From the NCBI GenBank assembly GCA_905250055.1, contig CAJNOF010000004.1, positions 839,250 through 903,249 of the forward strand: DNA of 64,000 nt, read 5' to 3'. This stretch comes from Rotaria sp. (lineage: Eukaryota). Positions within the stretch are counted from its first letter, which is position 1. Each line of letters opens with the position of its first letter. The notes under the pieces are model-generated. The model saw only the letters and a program-made list of their open reading frames with translations, ran no database searches and was not told the origin of the DNA. The translations under genes were made by a program, and so were the position numbers. Of this stretch, positions 13,026 to 22,093 are shown piece by piece.

Positions 13026-13876
13026 ATGGCATCGTTAACTGTAAAACGAACAACACCAACAATACAAAAGCGTATTGATAATCATGCACAATCATTTCCT
13101 CCGTTAGATTATTCGTTTCATAATGCACAAAAACTTGAAGGTAGAACAGTTGATTTTTGTTTCTTGTAGCATAAATTTTTGTTCTTTTGTTTATAAATAG
13201 ATGCGGTTGCTGAACCGCGTGTAGTACCAGGTGGACCAAAATTGATAAAACAAGGTGATCGATATCATTCGCATGGTATTAATTTAAATCATAATTCTTT
13301 AAATGGTCCTTTGGAAACATTTCCGGAATTTATACGAACGACACTTGTCGATCCGAATGCTCTTTCAACATTAGATTTATCATTTAATGAATTTGCAGAA
13401 ATTCCTACAGTAAGAAAAAAATTAAATAAAACAAAAAATTTTAATGACATCTATAAATGAGTGACTCAGATTTTCAATAGGAAGTAATAGATGTCTCCAA
13501 AGTTTTTTCGTCCTTCTTTATTCACTCATTTATTGGTATTTTTTTCTTTTTTCATACATCGATTTCTTTTTCTTTCTAGGTAGTAACACAATTTCCATCA
13601 CTAAAATATTTTTATTTTCATAAAAATACGCTTAGTGATGTAACCGAAGTACAAAAATTAGTATCATTAAAAGAATTGAAATATTTAACATTACATGGTA
13701 ATCCAATTGAAATAACTGTGCCTTATTTACGTTCATATGTTTTATGTTTATTGCCTGATTTACGAAGTTTAAATTGTACACCTGTAACCAAAGGTGATCG
13801 AAAAATAAGTGAGGTGTGGGGAGGCATGAATAAAAATTTACTTCCGAAAAACTTGAATAAAATTTTAAAGAAATAA
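13026..13876 (+). CDS. Leucine-rich repeat-containing protein 51 (LRRC51)-like, 3 exons: 13026-13140, 13201-13409 and 13580-13876.
   Basis: The spliced product is MASLTVKRTTPTIQKRIDNHAQSFPPLDYSFHNAQKLE/DAVAEPRVVPGGPKLIKQGDRYHSHGINLNHNSLNGPLETFPEFIRTTLVDPNALSTLDLSFNEFAEIPT/VVTQFPSLKYFYFHKNTLSDVTEVQKLVSLKELKYLTLHGNPIEITVPYLRSYVLCLLPDLRSLNCTPVTKGDRKISEVWGGMNKNL…*. Splice phases are consistent: phase-1 donor gaag|gt with acceptor aatag|at, then phase-0 aca|gtaaga with ctag|gta. Similarity to LRRC51 as remembered includes PPLDYSF, LHGNP…YVLC…VTKxDRxxAEVW. Confidence 0.7.
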
Positions 13877-13918
13877 ACATATATATATATCTACCATTTT
13901 TTAGATATAAATTAAAAA

Positions 13919-14374
13919 ATGGCAGCTGCTCCCAGTCGACAAACCCAACGCATAGAAAAGGATTTAAACGCATTAAATACCAACCCTTTACCATTTATCC
14001 AAAATTTAAACTTGGCATTTAACGATGGTGTTAATGAATTGACTGGCACATTAATTGGCCCTGATGAAACTCCATATGCTGGTGGTCATTTTCGTTTTAT
14101 AATAAAATTTCCTCCTGAATATCCATTTAAACCACCTGAATTTTACTTTATTACAGCGATGTGCCATCCAAATGTTCATTCAAAAACAGGCAATGCATGC
14201 CATGATCACCTTACTGCTACATGGGCACCAAGTATTACACTCGCTAAATTATTAACTGAAATGCATTCATTATTGGAAAAACCAAATTATGAAATACCTC
14301 TTGAAGATGATCCATTAAATGAGAAAAATGCAGACAAAGCTCGTCTATGGACAGATCAATTTGCTCAACCATAA
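13919..14374 (+). CDS. Ubiquitin-conjugating enzyme E2 (UBC fold, UBE2L3/UbcH7-like), 151 aa, intronless.
   Basis: The sequence runs from ATG to TAA. MAAAPSRQTQRIEKDLNAL… carries the UBC core: PYAGGHFRFIIKFPPEYPFKPPEFYFIT…HPNVHSKTGNACHDHL…WAPSITLAKLL. That is an HPN motif plus an active-site Cys 9 residues downstream, and PEYPFKPP as in UBE2L3. Confidence 0.75.
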   Translation: MAAAPSRQTQRIEKDLNALNTNPLPFIQNLNLAFNDGVNELTGTLIGPDETPYAGGHFRFIIKFPPEYPFKPPEFYFITAMCHPNVHSKTGNACHDHLTATWAPSITLAKLLTEMHSLLEKPNYEIPLEDDPLNEKNADKARLWTDQFAQP

Positions 14375-14816
14375 AAAGGAACTAATAATGCACAATGGTT
14401 GTGCACATTTAGTCGTTTATATATTCTTTTTTTTATTGTCTTCATTTCATTTTTTGTGAACAATCTAGCCGACTTTAATGATTGATCTTATTTGTCCCTG
14501 TGATTTTAATCGATACTTTTTTTTAAAGCCATTTATAATCAATAAATTTTATTCTAGATAGTTGCATTTACATGTATTCATATAAGATATACTCAAAATT
14601 GAATAGTAGAGAAAATTATGACGAATTAAATGTAAACATTCGTCATCATCTTGTGTTAGCTATACTTTCGTCATACTGGCAGAAATAGCTTGCGCTGAGT
14701 GTATAATAATATTATCTATGAAGTAACGTGAGATTATAAAAAAAAAAAAAAAACAGATAAAAGTTACGATATTTATCAATATTTGCTGAGTATTCTTTTC
14801 TCTTTTTTAAATAAAG

Positions 14817-15191
14817 ATGAAAACAATGGATAATTTTTATGATGATAAAACAGTACCAAAAATTATGAAAAATTTAAATACAAACTATTCAACTGAACTA
14901 GCAGAATTAGTTGATATGACTTTTGGTCCAAGACCAGAAGCTGAGCTTCAACGACTTACAACCGCTGAAGTTATTGCCATAGGTTCATTTGGTCTTCGAC
15001 TATTATGTAATTATCATCGATGGGAAACAGCCGAAAAAAATGATCGAATGTTTCATGAACATATTGATGCAACAACTCGAATTTTTACAATTCCATTTCC
15101 TATAGAATCTAATTCAAAAGAAGAGCTTTTATCAATTATTGACAAAATGATGAATGAAGCGAGGACAAGTTATTTAAAGGGTTTTAACTAA
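14817..15191 (+). CDS. Hypothetical 124-aa protein, family not recognised.
   Basis: The ORF runs from ATG to stop on the same strand as, and immediately downstream of, the two preceding genes. A pyrimidine tract plus AG sits just upstream of the ATG. The composition is not low-complexity: …FGPRPEAELQRLTTAEVIAIGSFGLRLLCNYHRWETAEKNDRMFHEHIDATTRIFTIPFPIESNSKEELLSIIDKMMNEAR…. Confidence 0.35.
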   Translation: MKTMDNFYDDKTVPKIMKNLNTNYSTELAELVDMTFGPRPEAELQRLTTAEVIAIGSFGLRLLCNYHRWETAEKNDRMFHEHIDATTRIFTIPFPIESNSKEELLSIIDKMMNEARTSYLKGFN

Positions 15192-15239
15192 ATACACAGA
15201 TGTTATAGTTATATTTTATTGCCAAAATAAATCTTTTTA

Positions 15240-15870
15240 GTGTACTCAAAAAGTGAGTACACTACTAAAATCGATCTGTGTGTCCGTCCGTCCGGCCGTC
15301 CGTCCGGCCGTTAACACGATAACTTTCGAAAGGAGAGTCAGATTGCGATGAAATTTTCTACACAGCTTAGTCTTGACAATATCTCGGTCGAGTTCGAATA
15401 TGAGAAGGATCCGCCAAGAAATGGCTGAGTTATCGAAAAAATTGTGATTTTTGACCAGACCACCCCTGAGGGGGGGTACGGAGATTTTTCGAAAAAAACA
15501 TTTTTGCTCATAATTATTCACAAAATATATAAATCGACTCAGTTTTTAACGCTGATTCTGAATCTGATATTAGTTTTGAACTGAATCATAGTTTTGTGTC
15601 CTCAAAAAGTGAGTACACTATAGAATAGTCAGTGTGTCCGTCCGTCCGGTTGGCTGTTTACATGATAACTTTTGACAGCAGAGTCAGATTGCGATGAAAC
15701 TTTCTACACAGCTTAGTCTTGACAATGTCTCGATCGAGTTCGAAGATGAGAACGATCGGCCGAGCCGTTCCTGAGTTATTGCAAAAATACCCATTTTTCT
15801 CTATAGCTTTCTGTGGAAAAATGGACCCATCGCGACTTTCGTAAAAGACTTTTCCTATCATAGTCAATTA
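15240..15870. repeat. Two tandem, diverged copies of a ~300-bp interspersed-repeat-like (SINE-like) unit, at ~15240-15530 and ~15597-15870.
   Basis: Both copies start ctcaaaaagtgagtacact…gtgtgtccgtccgtccgg…ataacttt(c/t)ga…agagtcagattgcgatgaaa(t/c)tttctacacagcttagtcttgacaat(a/g)tctcg(g/a)tcgagttcgaa(t/g)atgaga. Identity is ~85-90% over ~200 bp. The ORFs drawn through them repeat LIFELDRDIVKTKLCRKFHRNLTLLSKVI and are spurious. Confidence 0.55.
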
Positions 15871-17039
15871 AAACCCCAACTATTATATACCATTCGATAG
15901 AGAATTTCAAGAACTACAAAATGATATATAAAGCATAAAGAAACAAGAAGGTTGACTTACCAATGACAAGGATAATTAAAGAGAACTAGGTTATATTTTG
16001 GTCCACGATCTAATTGATCCACAAATAGAGCTTTATCTTCTGGTCACACTGATGATACTTCGAGGTTTTCAGATATGGAGAACTCGAATGTGTACTGCAC
16101 TTCCATCGAAATACTATTAGTTGTGCAGTGACCAATAGAAATGAAATTATAGGAAAAACGACTTTCTTAGGGTAAATCAAGGGAAAGAGTTCAAACTTGA
16201 GCTGTATTCGGTCCCATGTCCTATTGGTTTGGCAACGCGCAATAGAAATCAACATTTTAAATGGTAGATTTCACAGTATAATTTTGATATTCAGACAGTC
16301 TAGGATGATTGATTTGTATGATTCACTTTTTGAAGTACACATAACTCTCGGATTTAAATCCGAAGTTTCCGCATTTATTATTAGATTTAATCTTAGATTT
16401 AAGTAACGTTATTATTATTTCGGATGTATCAAAAACAGTGTTAGAAGTTTTTAATTTGCTTATTAAAAAAAAAACTTAAGAAAACTTTCACTCTATATGG
16501 TCTCATAGGATATACAATACTTTATATTTCTGTGATATTAGATCATTGTTCAACTAATATCGTAGTAATAAAATTTCGATAAGAGCTCTTTGTTTTGATA
16601 AAACAATTGATCAATTTTCTCAACGAAAGAAGATTATTAAAATAATGTGCCATAAATGAAATTAAAAAATGTAATTAAGTGTGAATAATCAGAAGGATGA
16701 TTTCGAATCTTTAATAAAGTTGTTTCTGCATTTATTCTAAGTTCCATCGACACCATTCCTTTTATATAATCTAATATGTATTACGCAGCTAGGGTTAATA
16801 ACAAAAAAAACATCAAGACAAGCATACGTATTGAAGACAAGATGTTTTCTAATATTTCCACCAGATATCATAACAAACAGCTTTTCTGGAGATTACATTA
16901 TTATGATATTTATTGAAGATAACTCCTACATTGTTAGAGAAGAAAAATGTCGATCTATTCAAACATCGAAATAATACAAATTAGTATTGGGTATTTGTAA
17001 AACAAGCGAACACCCACAAACACTGCCAAATCGGAAAGT

Positions 17040-18145
17040 AATACCACTAATAGATAGAGCTCCCCAATCAGACAAACATGTCACTTTTTGTACTCACTGT
17101 GGCTGAACAAATAGTGTCTCATTTTGTATGGAGTTTATTCCCTTTGTACAGATTTTTGACATTAAGAATATTAATGGCGAGAAATGCCCAATATTTGTCG
17201 CAAATAAACTGAAAAAATATTTAGCGGTTAAACGCGCTTAAAAACATAAAATACACGCCCAATTATGCTAATTTTTCTCACGATTGTTCATATTACTCTT
17301 CCCACTGCAAAGATATAGCCTTTCGCTACAAATACCCAGTCTTAATTCAACAAGTAATTATATTTTACTTTCGAAAAGGTATGATGTTCTGTTTTTAGTC
17401 TTTGCCACAGATTTGTCAAAAACGAATAAAAGTTATTTAAAATAAGGACTTTGAAAATTTTCTCGATTATCTATAAAGTTATGTAGTAATTTAGATTTTT
17501 CGTATAAACTTTTCTAAGTAGCATAACGATTGCATTTTCGATTACATATGAAAGCTTACTTAACATAAAATGACAGAACAGGAAATAAAAAAATCTAAAT
17601 TACTACATTATTTTATTTATACTTGAGAAAATTTTCAAAGTTCTCATTTTAAATAACTTTTATTCTTTCTTGACGAACCTGTGGAAAGACTAAAAACAGA
17701 ACATCATACGTTTTTGAAAGTAAAATATAATTACTTGTTGAATTAAGGCTGGGAATTCGTAACAGAAACCTATACCGCTGCAGTAAGAAGAGAACGAGCG
17801 GAAAATACGAAAATTTTTATAGTCTAATTGCATATATTTCCATCTCTCTTAACTCGAACGCATGAAAGGACTATCGATGGAGGTGTCTATCTTGTTAATT
17901 GCTCAGACTAGGCATACTCGACTAAAATTTAAGCTGGCACCGCGCCACGTTTCAATAGAGCCACTCAATTCACATAAGAAAAAGTATGTTTCAAATTAAA
18001 GGATAACATTTCACAAAACCATCCACGATACAATCGGTTTTCAACTTGTGAGAGCATAGAATCCAAATTCTAACTTTTGAAAACATTGTTTTTAATTTAA
18101 AACGCATTCTTTCGTATGTAAATTGGGGAGCTCTATCTAATCAAC
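17040..18145. repeat. Long foldback inverted repeat (~500-bp arms, ~90-bp central loop at ~17500-17590), mobile-element-like.
   Basis: Inner arms 17330-17500 and 17592-17762 are near-perfect reverse complements (cttaattcaacaagtaattatattttactttcgaaaa… vs …tttgaaagtaaaatataattacttgttgaattaagg). The outer arms are more diverged but still align (ctcttcccactgcaaagatatagcctttcgctacaaatacccag vs rc ctcttcttactgcagcggtataggtttctgttacgaattcccag). The termini are atagatagagctccccaat at 17050 and attggggagctctatctaat at 18121. Confidence 0.6.
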
Positions 18146-18519
18146 ACGAGGAGAAAAAGAAATCTACTGAAACTTTGTTTTGCGATTATCTTATCCATAT
18201 TGTAACTAGCCAAAAAATCGAATATCTGGGTTCCTGTATATCAATGACAACCTATATTTTTAAGTTTTTGATTTGGCGATCAGAGCTGTAATTTGACTCG
18301 AATATATTTAGTGTTAGCAACTAACAAGGTAAAACTCCCATTGCGTGACACAAAAAAGTATTTTATTCTTCATTTTGACATTAGCAATTTTCTAAAACAT
18401 CTGAACTCACTGAAAAAAGAATATATCTCTCTTTAAGGTTTAAATTTCTTCGCAAAAAATATATTTAAAAAAGAAAAAATCCTATCTCATATTCCAATAC
18501 ATAAACTCGGCACTAGTAC

Positions 18520-18660
18520 AATTCGTCGCACGACTATTCGTCGCAATCAATTCGTCGCCCGACAGTTCGTCGCGATCAATTCGTCGCAGAATATTTTCTT
18601 TCGTTCTGTTCATCGCGAACAATATCATTGCGATCAATATCAGAGATGCCAACAAGCCAC
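18520..18660. repeat. Left terminal/subterminal inverted repeat of the MULE, containing about 5 tandem CAATTCGTCGC subrepeats.
   Basis: acaattcgtcgc acgactattcgtcgc aatcaattcgtcgc ccgacagttcgtcgc gatcaattcgtcgc, then the segment shared with the right IR. Confidence 0.6.
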
Positions 18661-19189
18661 TTTTTTCCGGCCTGGCCTGATCTGATCTGCAGGCCAAACC
18701 AGGCCAATTGATGTTTCTGATTTTTCAAATCCATTAAATTCCATAACTCTACATTAATGCATGTTTCCAATTTTAATTATTTATTTAATTTATTTTCATG
18801 AAGATAATGAAATAACAAGTTTTTGCACAAAATAGCAAATTAAAACAAAGAGACAATCATCTTAAATATTTTTCATGCAAGAAAGACTTGAATTTACAAG
18901 ATTTTTTGATGATATCAGTACTTCTTCGCATAATCGAAAGATATTTAAGTATAATAACAAAAACAACATATGATTCGGGATACGACGAAGAATTAAAAGA
19001 AAATATAAATCCAAAAATAGATCAATATGAACCAACAGGAGATGATTTATTATTATCAACAATATCATATTGTTGTTTTTCATGTTTTAATAAATAACAT
19101 ATTCGTTCACTAGAATATGATAACGAGTTTGACGAAAAAGATGATGAAACATTTGTATTTGATGATGTAGTAGTAGATCAAACAGGACA

Positions 19190-19335
19190 GGTGGATAAAA
19201 TCTGTATATCATCAATTGACATTGTTGTTGAAATAGATGAAGCAGGAGAGATTGATAAGATATGAATATCATCAATTGACATTGAAGAAATATATGAAGT
19301 AGAAGATGTTGATAAACGATGAATATGTCCAGTTG
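19190..19335. repeat. Internal ~60-bp tandem repeat (about 2.5 copies) inside the MULE.
   Basis: …tatcatcaattgacattgttgttgaaatagatgaagcaggagagattgataag / atatgaatatcatcaattgacattgaagaaatatatgaagtagaagatgttgataaacg / atgaatatgtccagttgacattg. Confidence 0.5.
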
Positions 19336-20135
19336 ACATTGTTTGTTTAAGTTGTTGCCTATAAAAACAAATTGTAAAAAGAAATGTGTTTTGTCTTTCA
19401 ATTAAACAAAATCATTGTTTACTTTATTTTCGCTGAAATAAATCAACCATAAATATTGTCTCCTCTCCTTTATTCATTCAATTCGTTTACTCTTGTGGTC
19501 TATACTATTCATCAATTATGAATGACGAAGTTAAAAGTGAACAAAATCATCAACTTGTGATATCATCTCATGTTTCAAGATGACTACTAGAGAAATGAAT
19601 ATCATATCGCAGCCAGGCCACCCATTTTGGCCTGGCCTGGCCTCTTAACCAGGCTGAACATTATATGGACGGATCAGGCCAGGCCAAAATTTTAAAATTC
19701 AGCCTGGCCAGATGGCCTGGTCTGGCAGGCCACCCGGTGCCTGTCAGGCAGCAGGCCAGGCCGGCAGCTCTGATCAATATGTCGATCTCGCTCTTAAATA
19801 ATTTTTTTGTATTACCAATCCGAATAAAAAAAAAGAATGAAAAAATGTGAAAGATGTACTGAAGAAAAGATTGCACTGAAGATGATAACTTTAATTGGAA
19901 AAACGGATCAATAGAACATGTTAATCACGTGTAGTCATGATAGAGCTAAAGTTTTCGAAAAATAATTAGTTTTGTCAATCGTTTAATGAATTTCGATATT
20001 ATCTAGACTAACGATAACACTGATCCAATGTTCTTCATTATGTGACCGGGAAATAAAAAAAACAAATATTGATGATGTTGAAAATATATTTCATTTCTCA
20101 ATCTAAACGTTTGCTGTACACAACACTTCCAAAAA

Positions 20136-21625
20136 ATGTCTCAAATCCAGAAACTTCTTTCTGAAAAAGGAAAACCAATGCTCCTCCACGAAAGTTACAT
20201 CTACACTGTAGAATGTACAACAACGACGAAATTGATTTTTCGATGTCAGAATCGTGATTGTAAACGTAAATTCACTTTGGCTATCATCAATCAATTAATT
20301 AAAATGAAAACCATTTATCAATTAAGCACGTTGTCATATCAATTTATCCATGGACGTGTTTCTCTCTCAACCAACATCACATGGTCATGCTCCACAACCT
20401 GATCGTGTTCCAGCTATCCAATTAAAGAATGAAATTAAAGCTTGTGCTGCGACAACAGATGAATCATCGAGCTCAATTCTTCATTCGGCCTTACGAACAT
20501 ATCCTCTAAGTGCCGCTGGTCAACTTCCAAGAAGTGACGCACTTACACTCACAGTTCGACGACAACGTACTGCTGAAACACTCGATGCCAATGGTCGTTT
20601 ACCAGAAAAATTAAGAAAGACATATCGTGATGAAGATTTTATCTTGCACGACGACGAACATTTAATTATCTTTACAACAAAAAACAATTTATCTATTCTG
20701 AAGCAAAACAAAAATTGGTTCGCTGATGGAGCATTAAAAGTGAGCTATTCATTGAATGTGTATCTTTTTTTTTCTAATTATCTTTGATGTAGGTGTGTCC
20801 GGATAATTATTATCAACTGTTTGCATTACATGCAATGATGACGAATGCAATTATTCCTCTCGTCTATGGATTGTTAATTGGTAAAAGCAGCGATGATTAC
20901 AATCAATTCTTCGAAAAATTATTTGAACAAGACAATTTTCAACCTGAATCAATTATGACTGATTTCGAAACTGGTACAATCAAATCAGTCAAAGAGATGT
21001 TACCAAATGTTTTACACAAAGGTACGTTCTAGTCTATTCACAAAAAAAAGATAATTAAAATGTTTGTTATAGGATGTCTCTTTCATTTTTCACAAGCAGT
21101 ATGGCGACATGTTCAAAACAAAGGATTGGCAACCAACTATAGAGAAGATGAGTCTTTTTGTTTAAATATAAAAAAATTAATTGCTCTTGCTTTTGTTCCA
21201 GTAGATGAAGTTACAACTGCGTTTGACTTAATTGCCGATCAATTCGACGATGACACCGACGATTTACTCGATTATTTCGAAAAAACTTGGATTGGTGAAC
21301 CAAAACGAAGAGGTAATTTTTCTTCTTCATTCTTGAGAAATTTTAAATGTATTTGATAATCTTAGGAACTGGTCGGAAGAAACCTCAATTTGATCACAAA
21401 TTATGGAATATTCACAATCGTGTAATCGCTGGTGTACCTCGATCCAATAATTCAGTGGAAGGCTGGCACAATGCATTTGCCAATCGCGCCTCAATCAATC
21501 ATCCAAACATCGTGAAACTGGCAGACAAAATTCGTCGTGAACAATCAAAATTCGAAGTGGACATCGCAAAAATTCTCCAAGGCCACGATATCAAAAGACG
21601 AAGAAAGCATGTTATCGAAGATTGA
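20136..21625 (+). CDS. MULE transposase with an N-terminal FLYWCH-type zinc finger, split by at least 3 short GT..AG introns (~20760-20806, ~21022-21072, ~21327-21370) and probably another near 20274-20413.
   Basis: FLYWCH-like: KGKPMLLHESYIYTVECTTTTKLIFRCQNRDCKRKF. MULE core after splicing: …NWFADGALKV|CPDNYYQLFALHAMMTN…, …NVLHKG|CLFHFSQAVWRHVQ…, …AGVPRSNNSVEGWHNAF…. These match the conserved MULE blocks (FADGTFK-CP-FYQL-T-H, C-FHF-QA-WR, TNN-EGWH). Donors aaa|gtgagc, aaag|gtacgt and agag|gtaatt and acceptors with pyrimidine tracts were seen. The frame changes between listed ORFs are resolved by these introns. Confidence 0.65.
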
Positions 21626-21840
21626 ACGGACGAATTACTCGGTTGGTCAACGCATTTGACTCATCTGAACTGGATCAATGCTTAAAAAATATCGCAGTCA
21701 ACATTACTCTTTAGATTTTTTTTTCTTTCTTTTTTTTGTATATAATTTGTTTATCGTTATCTCATGTATAAGTACAATACACAAAATAAAAATGAACTAA
21801 TTGATCAATTTCACATCTTTGAAAAAAAATGTAATTAAGA

Positions 21841-21935
21841 GCGATATCGACATATTGATCGCAACGATATTGTTCGCGACGAACAGAACGAAAGAAAATA
21901 TTCTGCGGCGAATTGAACGCGATGAATTGATCGGT
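21841..21935. repeat. Right terminal/subterminal inverted repeat of the MULE.
   Basis: Reverse complement of the left IR at 18577-18655 with few mismatches. Confidence 0.6.
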
Positions 21936-22093
21936 CACCTACGATTCAACTGTGATCATGATATCAAAAGACCAGGACCAACATTCCACGAACGATGTAC
22001 TAAAAGTCCATTTCTTTGATACTCGAAATCAAAATAATCCGATATCTGTTTTATCTTACACGTTATTTCTTTTTTACGATCAATATTATCAAT

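Larger units (their letters stand above)
18500..21960 (+). mobile_element. Mutator-like (MULE) DNA transposon, ~3.4 kb, with terminal inverted repeats and an intron-containing FLYWCH plus MULE transposase gene.
   Basis: Inverted repeats at 18577-18655 and 21841-21935 align at ~93% (…agaatattttctttcgttctgttcatcgcgaacaatatcattgcgatcaatatc vs rc of gatattgatcgcaacgatattgttcgcgacgaacagaacgaaagaaaatattctgcggcg). They enclose the transposase ORFs. Exact termini and target-site duplication were not determined. Confidence 0.65.

Noticed and set aside
15246-15867. ORFs 15246-15521 and 15658-15867 encoding a repeated LIFELDRDIVKTKLCRKFHRNLTLLSKVI peptide.
   Set aside because: They lie wholly inside the two tandem SINE-like repeat copies, have no start or splice context, and their similarity reflects DNA repeat identity rather than a gene.
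19661-19876. Overlapping ORFs on both strands (71 aa and 61 aa, Ala/Gly/Pro/Arg-rich) at the GC-rich block.
   Set aside because: The open frames are explained by local GC richness (few stop codons). The sequence is a cluster of GGCCTGGCC palindromes and not codon-structured.
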